A model generated the notes under the pieces. It was not told the DNA's origin. It made no database searches and saw only the letters and a program-made list of their open reading frames with translations. The position numbers and the translations under genes were made by a program. This document shows, piece by piece, positions 26,401-37,905 of a DNA stretch of 64,000 nucleotides (positions are counted from its first letter, which is position 1; each line of letters opens with the position of its first letter). The DNA comes from Nemertoderma westbladi (Eukaryota > Animalia > Xenacoelomorpha): positions 1-64,000 of the forward strand of contig JAUCBJ010008811.1 of the NCBI GenBank assembly GCA_032718475.1, given 5' to 3'.

Positions 26401-27068
26401 TGATAGTCTGACAGATAGATGTCAATGGCATCCTTCTTATGCGGTTTCTCGGCCGTCGCTTCACTTTCTACTTGGGAAAAAGTAGCGTCTGTTGATTCTC
26501 CATGGGTTGAGCGCTCCTCCAACTGAGCTTTCCACTGAGCTGCTCCTTGAACCTGGCGACTCACCCGTTGAAACCAAGTCTTCACGGCAACTTGCAACGA
26601 CGTGTCTTGTCTTCTTTTAGAAGCCTCTTCGAAGGCGGATAAGATTAGCCTAATTCGTAGAACTCTTTCTCTAACTTGATAAAGCAGCGATCCCTGCTCT
26701 TGAGGTCCTTGAGGTTGTTGAAACAGTTGTCTCTCTACTCGCTCCATAGAGCTGAAGAATCCCTGGGCGTATCCGGCTGCGGACCTCTTCCATACAGCTG
26801 GATCGATGGTTTCCTTGGCTACTCCCATCCGGTGTATGTCTTCCCAGGCAGCTTCTGATAAATCAAACGGGAGTCCGGGTCCGGGGAAGTTCCATTGCGA
26901 CTCGACAATAGACTTCAGTTCTTCACTCGTGTATCCCGCGTAGCTATCTCTAGTTGATCGTTGACTCCTTGCCCAATCGATCTGGTGTTCTTCCACTGCG
27001 ATCAATAACCTGGCGAGCACGGCTGCAGGAAGGATGAGAAGGGGATCCGTATAAACCGTATCCGTCAT
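23430..27068 (-). CDS. BEL/Pao Gag-protease polyprotein (probable start MTDTVY at 27068)
   Basis: DUF1759-like KFNGDEMKWLPF...EKLRYLIECLEG...WDTLNIRYGN; BEL-type triple knuckle CVLCDGPHRLNAC, CYNCLRRGHQRRTC, CAKCGAKHHILLH; aspartic protease ALLDSGSTGTFI. Confidence 0.88.
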   Translation of the reverse strand: MTDTVYTDPLLILPAAVLARLLIAVEEHQIDWARSQRSTRDSYAGYTSEELKSIVESQWNFPGPGLPFDLSEAAWEDIHRMGVAKETIDPAVWKRSAAGYAQGFFSSMERVERQLFQQPQGPQEQGSLLYQVRERVLRIRLILSAFEEASKRRQDTSLQVAVKTWFQRVSRQVQGAAQWKAQLEERSTHGESTDATFSQVESEATAEKPHKKDAIDIYLSDYQRFLGDDELRRRLEGLSPNSEGAKLVLDAIDVDRLAANQAKFDEQLRIAKVQEEQVKKKRIEDRKTAAAAVAAAEAERKAAEAAAEAKAAAAERKVAAAEAERKAAEAAAEAKAAAAERKAAAAEAERKIAVAEAERRASEETTQLELENLQERQDNFNKQLTASNMQMMNRSTPKRQGYTSSEEGDTTDTDGGGNRSRLSRRKRTFHRQKLPDLPPAVRRQLNNTNLGSTEPTDQIIKIERLPTIVDEPEIIRPVLEITPSVKDTPELPEATYKFPLHSTKLPVPRRTAQETVQVLDPERNIPNLSPIVPRPPATTLATPASAVEWVDERRRGMDILLGQMQETVQQFKGTVRESRLELQEVQQSIALERDKLVNTQRGIPPPSVTMCQPVRSEVLHAQGVEPTRIYTASEVETPIVNPIKGNYRPVDNDIPYRTDHNPRNLYTDNSILNSTMAQESFTRQMARTEARQAVKVGEIVKFNGDEMKWLPFNEYYKDNIQNSVLSNGEKLRYLIECLEGSPKLMALKFIGHPDGLRQVWDTLNIRYGNRNNIAGYLYAKLVAPRKFISSGIIEFSDEIQEICRQLDWLGKSHEYQSAMVIRAVASTLPKGGVGTRWDKKVLYMMEQQRRDPTMADLMSFLDGEVKLQLLRQSREKTLENKVSEKPVSRRRVTPVCYTDDGESQTSQGEDSGKDTDRPYYVNKMPKEQVSKSKSRPNDRREPVQKTPPTSPKGIQVRKPEERTSVHHIAQVKVSNIKPKCVLCDGPHRLNACDKFLRKSLEDRREVMWDKRLCYNCLRRGHQRRTCNSDARCAKCGAKHHILLHTEFERNSPSQVSESELHVQFSDVNDTDQSEMEGFYTDEFSDQNESCYLINTTAVYRALVYEKDTDSDLTLTTSDQQPSWKAPTSNIGIREFPVVQVRVHGPKRSYVVNALLDSGSTGTFIDKELAEDIFAGQPKFQTKLNMSGIMQVWKSTITADYYVGALSTPQDEL

Positions 27069-27244
27069 CTCTGCTCCGCTCTCGGGTGTCAGCTCTACAG
27101 TATCCTCACTACTGGAGCTGCTGGGCCGCTGAGGAATAAGTTCTTGACTAGCGGGTTGTTGCTGTTCCGCCGCTTGTTGGTCCCGCTTGACTTGAGCTCG
27201 GGTGCCTATGATAGACCTACGATGTTGGACCAGCCTAGGTTCTT

Positions 27245-30200
27245 CCGACGAGTGTTTGTTTATATGATACCCACGTGCGCTTATACAGTACTCACGGTCG
27301 TTTATACAGTACCCACGGGCGTTTATACAGTACGATACCGACGAGTGTTTGTTTATACGATACCCACGTGCGCTTATACAGTACTCACGGTCGTTTATAC
27401 AGTACCCACGGGCGTTTATACAGTACGATACCGACGAGTGTTTGTTTATACGATACACACGTGCGCTTATACAGTACTCACGGTCGTTTATACAGTACCC
27501 ACGGGCGTTTATACAGTACGATACCGACGAGTGTTTGTTTATACGATACCCACCTGCGCTTATACAGCACCCACGGCCGTTTATACAGTACGATACCGAC
27601 GAGTGTTTGTTTATACGATACCCACGTTCGCATATACAATACCCACGGGCGTTTATACAGCACCCACGGGCGTTTATACAGTACGATACCAACGAGCGTT
27701 TATACGATACCCACGAGCGTTTATACGATACCCACGTGCGCTTATACAGTACCCACGGGCGTTTATACAGTACGATACCAACGAGCGGTCATACGATACC
27801 CACGGGCGTTTATACAGCACCCACGACCGTTTATACGATACCCACGAACGCTTATACAGTACCCACGGCCGTTTATACAGCACCCACGGGCGTTTATACA
27901 GCACCCACAGCCGTTTATACAGCAACCATGGGCGATTATACAGTACGATACCAACGAGCGTTTATACGATACCCACGAGCGTTTATACGATACCCACGTG
28001 CGCTTATACAGTACCCACGGGCGTTTATACAGTACGATACCAACGAGCGTTCATACGATACCCACGGGCGTTTATACAGCACCCACGGCCGTTTATAAGA
28101 TACCCACGATCGCTTATACAGTACCCACGGCCGTTTATACAGCACCCACGGGCGTTTATACAGTACGATATCCACGGGTGTTTATTATACAGTACGATAC
28201 CCACGGGCGTTTATACGATACCCACGGGCGTTTATACAGCACCCACGGGCGTTTATACGATACCCACATGCGCTTCTACAGTACCCACGGGCGTTTATAC
28301 AGCACCCACGGGCGTTTATACAGCACCCACGGGCGTTTATACGATACCCACATGCGCTTATACAGTACCCACGGGCGTTTATACAGCACCCACGGGCGTT
28401 TATACAGCACCCACGGGCGTTTATACGATACCCACATGCACTTATACAGTACCCACGGGCGTTTATACAGCACCCACGGGCGTTTATACAGCACCCACGG
28501 GCGTTTATACGATACCCACATGCGCTTATACAGTACCCACGGGCGTTTATACAGCACCCACGGGCGTTTATACAGCACCCACGGGCGTTTATACAGCACC
28601 CACGGGCGATTATACAGTACGATACCAACGAGCGTTTATACGATACCCACGGGCGTTTATACAGCACCCACGGGCGTTTATACAGCACCCACGGGCGTTT
28701 ATACGATACCCACATGCGCTTATACAGTACCCACGGGCGTTTATACAGTACGATACCAACGAGCGTTCATACGATACCCACGGGCGTTTATACAGCACCC
28801 ACGGCCGTTTATACGATACCCACGATCGCTTATACAGTACCCACGGCCGTTTATACAGCACCCACGGGCGTTTATACAGCACCCACGGGCGTTTATACAG
28901 TACGATACCCACGAGCGTTTATACGATACCCACGGGCGTTTATACAGCACCCACGGGCGTTTATACAGCACCCACGGGCGATTATACAGTACGATACCAA
29001 CGAGCGTTTATACGATACCCACGAGCGTTTATACGATACCCACGTGCGCTTATACAGTACCCACGGGCGTTTATACAGCACCCACGGGCGTTTATACAGC
29101 ACCCACGGGCGTTTATACAGCACCCACGGGCGTTTATACAGCACCCACGGGCGATTATACAGTACGATACCAACGAGCGTTTATACGATACCCACGGTCG
29201 TTTATACAGCACCCACGGCCGTTTATACAGCACCCACGGGCGATTATACAGTACGATACCAACAAGCGTTTATACGATACCCACGGGCGTTTATACAGCA
29301 CCCACGGGCGTTTATACAGCACCCACGGGCGATTATACAGTACGATACCAACGAGCGTTTATACGATACCCACGAGCGTTTATACGATACCCACGTGCGC
29401 TTATACAGTACCCACGGGCGTTTATACAGCACCCACGGGCGTTTATACAGCACCCACGGGCGATTATACAGAACGATACCAACGAGCGTTTATACGATAC
29501 CCACGAGCGTTTATACGATACCCACGTGCGCTTATACAGTACACGCGGGCGTTTATACAGCACCCACGGGCGTTTATACAGCACCCACGGCTGTTTATAC
29601 GATACCCACGATCGCTTATACAGTACCCACGGCCGTTTATACAGCACCCACGGCCGTTTATACAGCACCCACGGGCGATTATACAGTACGATACCAACGA
29701 GCGTTTATACGATACCCACGTGCGCTTATACAGTACCCACGGCCGTTTATACAGTACGATACCCACGAGCGTTCATACGATACCCACGGGCGATTATACA
29801 GTACCCACGGGCGTTTATACAGCACCCACGGGCGTTTATACAGCACCCACGGGCGTTTATGCAGCACCCACGGCCGTTTATACAGCACCCACGGCCGTTT
29901 ATACAGCACCCACGGCCGTTTATACAGCACCCACGGCCGTTTATACAGCACCCACGGGGGTTTATACAGCACCCACGGGCGTTTATACAGCACCCACGGC
30001 CGTTTATACAGCACCCACGGGCGTTTATACAGCACCCACGGGCGTTTATACAGCACCCACGGCCGTTTATACAGCACCCACGGCCGTTTATACAGCACCC
30101 ACGGCCGTTTATACAGCACCCACGGCTGTTTATACGATACCCACGATCGCTTATACAGTACCCACGGCCGTTTATACAGCACCCACGGCCGTTTATACAG

Positions 30201-31563
30201 CACCCACGGCCGTTTATACAGCACCCATGGGCGATTATACAGTACGATACCAACGAGCGTTTATACGATACCCACGAGCATTTATACGATACCCACATGC
30301 GCTTATACAGTACCCACGGGCGATTATACAGTACCCACGGGCGTTTATACAGTATGATATCCACGGGCGATTATACAGTACGATACCAACGAGCGTTTAT
30401 ACGATACCCACGAGCGTTTATACGATACCCACGTGCGCTTATACAGTACCCACGGGCGTTTATACAGCACCCACGGGCGTTTATACAGCACCCACGGGCG
30501 TTTATACAGCACCCACGGGCGATTATACAGTACCCACGGGCGTTTATACAGTATGATATCCACGGGCGATTATACAGTACGATACCCACGGGCGTTTATA
30601 CGATACCCACGGGCGTTTATACAGCACCCACGGCCGTTTATACAGTACGATACCCACGAGCGTTTATACGATACCCACGAGCGTTTATACGATACCCACG
30701 AGCGTTTATACGATACCCACGTGCGCTTATACAGCACCCACGGGCGTTTATACAGTACCCACGGGCGTTTATACAGCACCCACGGGCGATTATACAGCAC
30801 CCACGGGCGATTATACAGCACCCACGGGCGATTATACAGCACCCACGGGCGTTTATACAGCAGCCATGGGCGATTATACAGCACCCATGGGCGACTATAC
30901 AGCACCCATGGGCGATTATACAGTACGATATCCACGGGCGATTATACAGTACGATACCAACGAGCGTTTATACGATACCCACGAGCGTTTATACGATACC
31001 CACGTGCGCTTATACAGTACCCACGGGCGTTTATACAGCACCCAAGGCCGTTTATACAGTACGATACCCACGAGCGTTTATACGATACCCACCTGCGCTT
31101 ATACAGTACCCACGGGCGTTTATACAGCACCCACGGGCGTTTATACAGTACGATACCCACGAGCGTTCATACGATACCCACGTGCGCTTATACAGTACCC
31201 ACGGGCGTTTATACAGCACCCAAGGCCATTTATACAGCACCCACGGCCGTTTAAACAGCACCCACGGCCGTTTATACAGTGCGATACCAACGCGCGTTTA
31301 TACAGTACGATACCCACGAGCATTTATACGATACCCACCTGCGCTTATACAGCACCCACGGGCGTTTATACAGCACCCACGGCCGTTTATACAGTACGAT
31401 ACCCACGAGCGTTCATACGATACCCACGTCCGCTTATGCAGTACCCACGGCCGTTTATACAGCACCCACGGCCGTTTATACAGCACCCATGGGCGATTAT
31501 ACAGCACCCATGGGCGATTATAAAGTACGATACCGACGAGTGTTTCTGTTTAACGATACCAAC
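27245..31563. repeat. 21/26-bp satellite array 3
   Basis: Same family, enriched in acagcacccacgg and gataccaacgagcg variants. Confidence 0.95.
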
Positions 31564-33935
31564 CAAAATAAAATCGCGGTAGGATTCCTCCGCCATTGTA
31601 AGTGCTGCAGGTTCTAGAAGCTTATATAGTGAGCATTTACTATATTTATAGCACAAAATTGAGCTCAAACTGGGGATAGCATACTTTTGAGAACATTTTT
31701 CAAAAACTGAGCCCAGTCCTACATAAAGGTTATTATTGTTGTCCCAGACAGGTTAGCCTGTAATGCGATACGCAGGATGGACTGTAATAAAACATTTGGG
31801 CACTTATTTACTCTGGTTAATGTTCCGACACAAAGTTTATACATTTCCACACTAAAATCGTTGCATCCGAGTAATGCAAGGGTTACGTTGTTGCTTGAAT
31901 AAGGACCCACGAAAAGTAAACCTCGCAGAGTCTTTCGGTAATAAGAGTCAAGTTCAGCGATTTCTTTTGAACATAGCGAACCAATAAGATACCGCGATGA
32001 GTAGGATATGGTTGGTACAGCTATGGACCGCCACAGGTATCCCAGTGTGCTGCAATCGAGCCAGCGCGCATTCCACCCATTTCGATGAAATAAATCCGAC
32101 ATTATGGCTATCGAGCGGATGCAATCCTGGAGGCTGTTGCGACGTGGATGTACAATGGGGAAGCCCAAAAAGGTCATGTCATCTGATCGTGGAACTAATG
32201 TTCCATTGATGCACATAAATGTAGGGACATTTTCACATGTATAATCATTACCATAGCAGGACCACTTTGTTTTGCTCATCTCAATCTCCAGTTTCACTTT
32301 ATTCATTTCAATGCTGAAAATATCAGCGGCCAATGTCAGTTCGGTGACAGATGTTGCAGTGAGCAGTATATCATCAGCATATGCTATGATGCCCAGCCAA
32401 ATGAGCCCAACGATGGACCCAAATCCGTTTAAGCTTAGGATATCCAGAACATCCTTCATATAAAGAAGAAACAGTAAAGGTGACAACAGTGACCCCTGCT
32501 TGACTCCACGTACCAGGTTGATCCCACAAACATCTATCTCGTCGGCAACCTTGAGAAAGGCACAAGTAGATTCATAATACGCTAGTAGAACTAGGCAGAT
32601 GTAAGGGTTTATTATCTCCTTTAGTTTACTGAACAGTAGAACAAAGTCGAGGCTACCAAATGCACCAGAAATGTCCATTTGACAAAGGAAGACATTGGTG
32701 CCGGTTCTGCGCTGGGACTCTAAGAATTCTAGAATAGTGCTGATAATTAGATCTGCCCCCAGCTTTTTCTGGTAAGCGAGTTGCTGTTGTGGAATAAAAT
32801 CCATCAAGGAGAAATATTCGTGTAGAATCACAGATTCCAATATCTTCCCGAAAATGCAGACTGTAGCAATTGGTCTATATGACTTTGACACATTGATGTT
32901 GCGGCCTTTTCCTTTATATATATGTGTCAAAATGGTTTCCCCCATGAATTCCGGTGTATGACCAGTTCTAAAACAAGCATTGATTAAATCCGCAAGAGCA
33001 GAGCTAATGATTTGTGCGTCAAGGGACAGAAAGTGTTCTACGGAGAGGGAATGATTGTCAGGTGACTTCCCCTTGGCCAGCGATGATATAGCACTCTGAA
33101 CAGCTAAAGGTGAAACTGTTGGCACAAATGAGTCTGCACATTGTTGTCTAAGTTCGCTCTTTAGTTGATCTATGGAGGAAGAATAGTCACTACTCTTTTG
33201 ATGGTTATTTCTGAGATCCTGTCTAATAGCATTCACAGCTGTTTGAGGCAGTTTATCGGAACGCTGTTTCGAATTGAAGTGCTGCCAGAACTTTCTCGGA
33301 TTTGATTTAAAAGTGCTCGCAATATGTGAGGTTTCGTTTTTCACCATAGATTTTGTTACCCAGTTCTTTAGACGCCGCAGAGAGCGCTTCGACTCTTTCA
33401 GTGCGTTGCCATGGATACTGTTGGTTGGCTTCCCCTCGCAGACCCATAAATTGTATAGTTGTTGACAGACCTTCGATCTTTCTTTAATTTCCATTGACCT
33501 GATCCTTAGATTTTTTGTTTTCCTCCTGCCCTTCGAAGTGAGCAGGTACCTTGAGGAAGCATTATGCAGATTATTTCGTAGGGTCATTGCAAACTTATCT
33601 ATGTTGTTGACAGACCACTGTGCTGGTGGGATACCAACTTCGGCGTATAGATTATTTAGACACTCTGACACATTGTTTCGATACCTAGAAAGTTGTTGTT
33701 TATTTACCCTCGTCCACTGTATGCGAGCTGGAGCAGATCTAGATTTAATTCTGTCCGCTGATTCTACATGATTTGAACATAACCTGGAGAGATCGACAGT
33801 AGCAACTACTGGAACGTGATCAGAGAAGTTTGCGGGGTTTGTTTTGTAAACACAACCATTAACAACATTGGACATGACTTCTGAAGTGCTAAGAATGTGG
33901 TCAATCTAGGAAGAGCCATGACCACGACTATCACG
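31564..33935 (-). mobile_element. 5'-truncated non-LTR retrotransposon (APE endonuclease C-terminus plus RT)
   Basis: Upstream IDHIL and FSDHVPV endonuclease motifs plus RT motifs; bounded by satellite on both sides. Confidence 0.85.
31719..33875 (-). CDS. Non-LTR retrotransposon reverse transcriptase (partial ORF2)
   Basis: GKSPD, SYRPIATVCIFGKILE, QQQLAYQK, MDISGAFG, RGVKQGSLLSPLLF, IIAYADDILL, FLGF. Confidence 0.9.
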   Translation of the reverse strand: MSNVVNGCVYKTNPANFSDHVPVVATVDLSRLCSNHVESADRIKSRSAPARIQWTRVNKQQLSRYRNNVSECLNNLYAEVGIPPAQWSVNNIDKFAMTLRNNLHNASSRYLLTSKGRRKTKNLRIRSMEIKERSKVCQQLYNLWVCEGKPTNSIHGNALKESKRSLRRLKNWVTKSMVKNETSHIASTFKSNPRKFWQHFNSKQRSDKLPQTAVNAIRQDLRNNHQKSSDYSSSIDQLKSELRQQCADSFVPTVSPLAVQSAISSLAKGKSPDNHSLSVEHFLSLDAQIISSALADLINACFRTGHTPEFMGETILTHIYKGKGRNINVSKSYRPIATVCIFGKILESVILHEYFSLMDFIPQQQLAYQKKLGADLIISTILEFLESQRRTGTNVFLCQMDISGAFGSLDFVLLFSKLKEIINPYICLVLLAYYESTCAFLKVADEIDVCGINLVRGVKQGSLLSPLLFLLYMKDVLDILSLNGFGSIVGLIWLGIIAYADDILLTATSVTELTLAADIFSIEMNKVKLEIEMSKTKWSCYGNDYTCENVPTFMCINGTLVPRSDDMTFLGFPIVHPRRNSLQDCIRSIAIMSDLFHRNGWNARWLDCSTLGYLWRSIAVPTISYSSRYLIGSLCSKEIAELDSYYRKTLRGLLFVGPYSSNNVTLALLGCNDFSVEMYKLCVGTLTRVNKCPNVLLQSILRIALQANLSGTTIITFM

Positions 33936-34050
33936 ATACGATACCGATACCAACGAGCGTTTATACGATACCCACGGGCGTTAATACGATACCCACGGGC
34001 GTTTATATAGTACGATACCGACGAGCATTTATACGATACCCACGGACGAA
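33933..34050. repeat. Short remnant of the 21/26-bp satellite
   Basis: cgataccaacgagcgtttatacgatacccacgggcg... Confidence 0.85.
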
Positions 34051-34080
34051 TGTACATCCGATACATATATATATATATAT

Positions 34081-34275
34081 ACCCTCCCACCTCTCCCCCC
34101 ATCTTCCACCCTCCCCCTCTCCCCCCTCTTCCACCCTCCCCCCTCTCCCTTCCTCCCCCCTCGCCCCTCTCCCTTCCTCCCCCCTCGCCCATCTCCCACC
34201 CTCCCCCCTCTCCATCTCCCCTCTCTTCCACCCTCCCCCCTCCCGCCTCTTCCACCCTCCCCCCTCTCTCTTCTT
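34081..34275. repeat. Polypyrimidine (CT-rich) low-complexity repeat
   Basis: ctcttccaccctccccc-type units. Confidence 0.9.
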
Positions 34276-34284
34276 GTTACACAC

Positions 34285-34415
34285 GATTTGTGTCTGTGTT
34301 TAAGAAAGGAAATAAGTTGATATGCTCGAATTACCGCGGTATAAGTATTATAAATTCTCTAGCCAAGCTCTATGACGCTGTACTTACTTTCAGACTACAA
34401 TCCTGGTTGCCAACG
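34285..34415 (+). pseudogene. Short non-LTR RT fragment
   Basis: VFKKGNKLICSNYRGISIINSLAKLYDAVL..RLQSW is the conserved N-terminal RT motif of LINEs. Confidence 0.75.
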
Positions 34416-35096
34416 CCAGGAAACGCCACCTGTTCAAGCTAATGAACCCGGACTTAACTTCCCCCCCAGCTCTGTTGTGACCCCTCAGTTCCCGAACGTC
34501 ATCGCATCCCTTGGTCCCGTTTTCGGCTGGGTAGCCATAACTTCCCAGTAGAACGGATGAGATGGTAGAGGGTTAAACCCGAGGACCGAGTTTGTGGATG
34601 TGGTGGGATTCAGGCCGAAGCCCTTGTTGTTGTAGATTGTCCTATGACAAGGACGTTTAAGACGAGAATGCGCCCCCCTGTCTTGGTTGTCTATGATTGA
34701 GATGTTCTGTCTGGATAACCAAACCAAAATAGCAAAATTTATCTCACAAGTAGATAATGTATTCGATTGAGTAAACAGCCCCCCCCCCTCCGATATATGT
34801 AATGTTTGATATACTTAGTATAATGTGTGTTTGTTTGTTTGTTGGGAATATAAATATATGTTACTCTAATATGTATTACATCTGGTCCTCACACGGCTAT
34901 AATGTTGTTTATATGAACATCTTTAATATTTTTGTATGATAATGTGCTGTCTTATTTTGAGGGTGACGGTTGATATTTTGATTTGTAAGTCTTTTTTTTA
35001 ACCATTATCAATTTAAAACTTGTTTAGTGTATATTACCGATGTTAGTTATGTAACAGTTAATGTGAAGACAATAAACAAACAATCAATCAATAAAT

Positions 35097-36000
35097 CTCT
35101 TCCACCCTCCCCCCTCTCTTTTCCACTCCCTCTCCCCCTTCTCTTCCACCCTCCCCCCTCTCTCGCTTCCTCCCCCTCTCTCTTCCTCCCCACCCCCTCT
35201 TCCACCCTACCCCCTCTCCCTTCCTTTCCTTCCTCCCCCCCTCTCTTCCACCCACCCCCTCTCTCCCCCCCCCCTCTTCCACCCTCCCCCCTCTCTCTCC
35301 CCTCTCTTCCACCCTCCCCCCTCTCTCTTCCTCCTCCCCCCCACCCTATCTTCCACTCTCCCCCCTCTCTCTTCCTCCCCACCCTCTCTTCCACCCTACC
35401 CCCTCTCCCTTCCTTTCCTTCCTCCCCCCTCTCTTCCACCCTCCCCCCTCTCTCGCTTCCTCCCCCCTCTCTCTTCCACTATCCCCCCTCTCTCTTCCTC
35501 CCCACCCCCTCTTCCACCCTACCCCCTCTCCCTTCCTTTCCTTCCTCCCCCCCTCTCTTCCACCCACCCCCTCTCTCTTCCTCCCCCCCCTCTTCCACCC
35601 TCCCCCCTCTCTCTCCCCTCTCTTCCACCCTCCCCCCTCTCTCTTCCTCCTCCCCCCCACCCTCTCTTCCACTCTCCCCCCTCTCTCTTCCTCCCCACCC
35701 CCTCTTCCACCCTACCCCCTCTCCCTTCCTTTCCTTCCTCCCCACCCTCTCTTCCACCCACCCCCTCTCTCTTCCTCCCCCCCCTCTTCCACCCTCCCCC
35801 CTCTCTCTTCCTCCTCCCCCCCACCCTCTCTTCCACTCTCCCCCCTCTCTCTTCCTCCCCACCCCCTCTTCCACCCTACCCCCTCTCCCTTCCTTTCCTT
35901 CCTCCCCCCCTCTCTTCCACCCACCCCCTCTCTCTTCCCTCTCTTCCACCCTCCCCCCTCTCTCTTCCTCCCCCCCCCCCACTCTCTCTTCCACCCTACC
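35097..36000. repeat. 0.9-kb polypyrimidine/polypurine low-complexity tandem repeat
   Basis: Almost only C and T on the + strand; recurring ctcttccaccctaccccctctcccttcctttcc. Confidence 0.92.
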
Positions 36001-37905
36001 AGCACTGTATCATCTAACAACATCAATTATTCTGAGGATCAGCTAATTTAAGTAGCATCTTTCATCATTAATCTATTGTTTTTATCTAAAATGTTATTGG
36101 TTTAGTCAGTTTTGAAGCCCCTATGATCTGTGTAAGATCCTTTGCCTGGGTAGGTCGTCAATTAGCCGGCAAGCCTTGGACTTGTGACAAATACAAAATA
36201 CTGAGTTAAAACATATCGATATACTGTAGGGAGTAAATAATTTACTGTATTAACATGTAAATAAAATGTCCAATCACAGATTTATGCTACCAATTAATTT
36301 TTTAATGTTTATAAACTATGTGGAGGCTTTCCATAGTCAGTGTATAGAATAATTGTGTAAATCAGCTTTTGTGGAGTGTACTTTTTAGCTTGAAGCTTGG
36401 TAGTGTTTGTCGGACGAAAGTCCTGCCATATCCAAACTTGAAAGAACTTGAAATTTATAGATAACGATAAAATTAATTAATATTATTGATTGATTGAATG
36501 AATGAGTCATAATTAAAATTTTAGTATACCTGTACTTGGTTACCTAAGGTGTAGTAATTAAGTACAGATAAAATTGGGGCTAAAATGCTGCTGTTGAACA
36601 AAATAAGATTAAAACAACTTAGGGAGGGTGCGTCCAATTTGCACTGTCACCTCTGCAGGACAACTCGTCAACTAAAAGTTCGCGAACCCAGGGATGTAAA
36701 TCGCCAACTCATGTTATAATACATTATTTGATATATATTGCTGAAATGTCATTGACAGAATTACATGTTTCCTATCCCACCAATCGGTTTCTATAGACCG
36801 ATTTTAGTTTGCGACAGCAGTTGTCGGACAACTCCCCTTCGAAGAGGGTAATGGTATACTAACATTGCAGGAGACCTTGAACTTGCCGTGTACTGTATCT
36901 ATGAATTAAAGGTCTGTACAGTAAGTAAAATAAGCAAAAGTAAAAGACAAAGACAAAATAAACGACTTGAAGCGCCGCCACACTGTGCAGAGCAACAGCA
37001 CATGCTGTGAAAATAACAAACTTCAGAGGAGTTATTCGGTATTCCGGGAGATTTACATACCGATCATAATTAAATGCAGATCATGTAATCAAATACGTAT
37101 CGTAAGTAACACAATTTATCTACAAGAACACCGATTCTTTGTGTATGAACGGCTGGAATAGACCGATCTTGGATACTGCCTGTTCTAAAACTGTTAGGTA
37201 TGGTATGGCCCATCTAGTCTTTGGGCAGATTCAAATGTTTTTGACAATAAACCAGACACCCTATTATCAATTGTGGGATTCAGTAGGAATAGCGACATTC
37301 CAGTTTGTTTGAAGTATTATAATGATGACTGCCAGGAAGATGAACAATATTGTGGAATATTATTTTATTAAAACCACTTAAATGTTTTAAACTAAATGAC
37401 AAATTTGAACATTCAATAATTTCTCCGATAACTTATTATCAGACACATATTATCAGACACATTTAAAACAATAAAACATTAACAGCAAACATGTACAGAT
37501 AAGATAAAAGAGGCCATCAACACCGAAACCTTTACTTTGCAAATACACAATTTCGTACTTTAGCAGTAGCCTACCGGTACTGTATTATTCAGTTTTAGGA
37601 TGAACAATTTTTTTTCCAATCAATTTGAGTTTGATTGACGTCATTATATTTACCGGTATTAAGAATAAAGGCAGTGGTGCGGCATAAAATATCTTTTGTA
37701 AATTCGTCATTCCTAAAAATTAAAAAATATGACTATTTCGTTACAATTACAATCGAAAACAAATGGAAAGCACAGAATACTGAACAAAAGTACCATCGAA
37801 GATTACAAATTGCATTTATTAATAACAAAAATTAAAATATTTGAAACTAAAACTAAATTTTTATGTTATTGTTGGCTGGTTAATTTTACTAGTACCGGCG
37901 TAGGT

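Larger units (their letters stand above)
18132..27245 (-). mobile_element. BEL/Pao LTR-retrotransposon derivative inserted in satellite (5' LTR absent; RT and integrase missing)
   Basis: BEL gag/protease ORF, pol remnant and a long 3' region ending ...GCGCGAACA at 18132; satellite on both sides. Confidence 0.8.

Noticed and set aside
27069-27692. N-terminal extension of the 1420-aa ORF (MVSYCINARG...)
   Set aside because: It is antisense satellite plus probable leader that happens to be in frame with gag.
34431-34748. Possible solo LTR (TGTT...CACA)
   Set aside because: No matching TSD and no second copy in the window.
35027-36046. Pro/Ser/Leu-rich and Gly/Glu/Arg-rich ORFs (also 33806-34442)
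   Set aside because: Translations of CT-rich low-complexity DNA.
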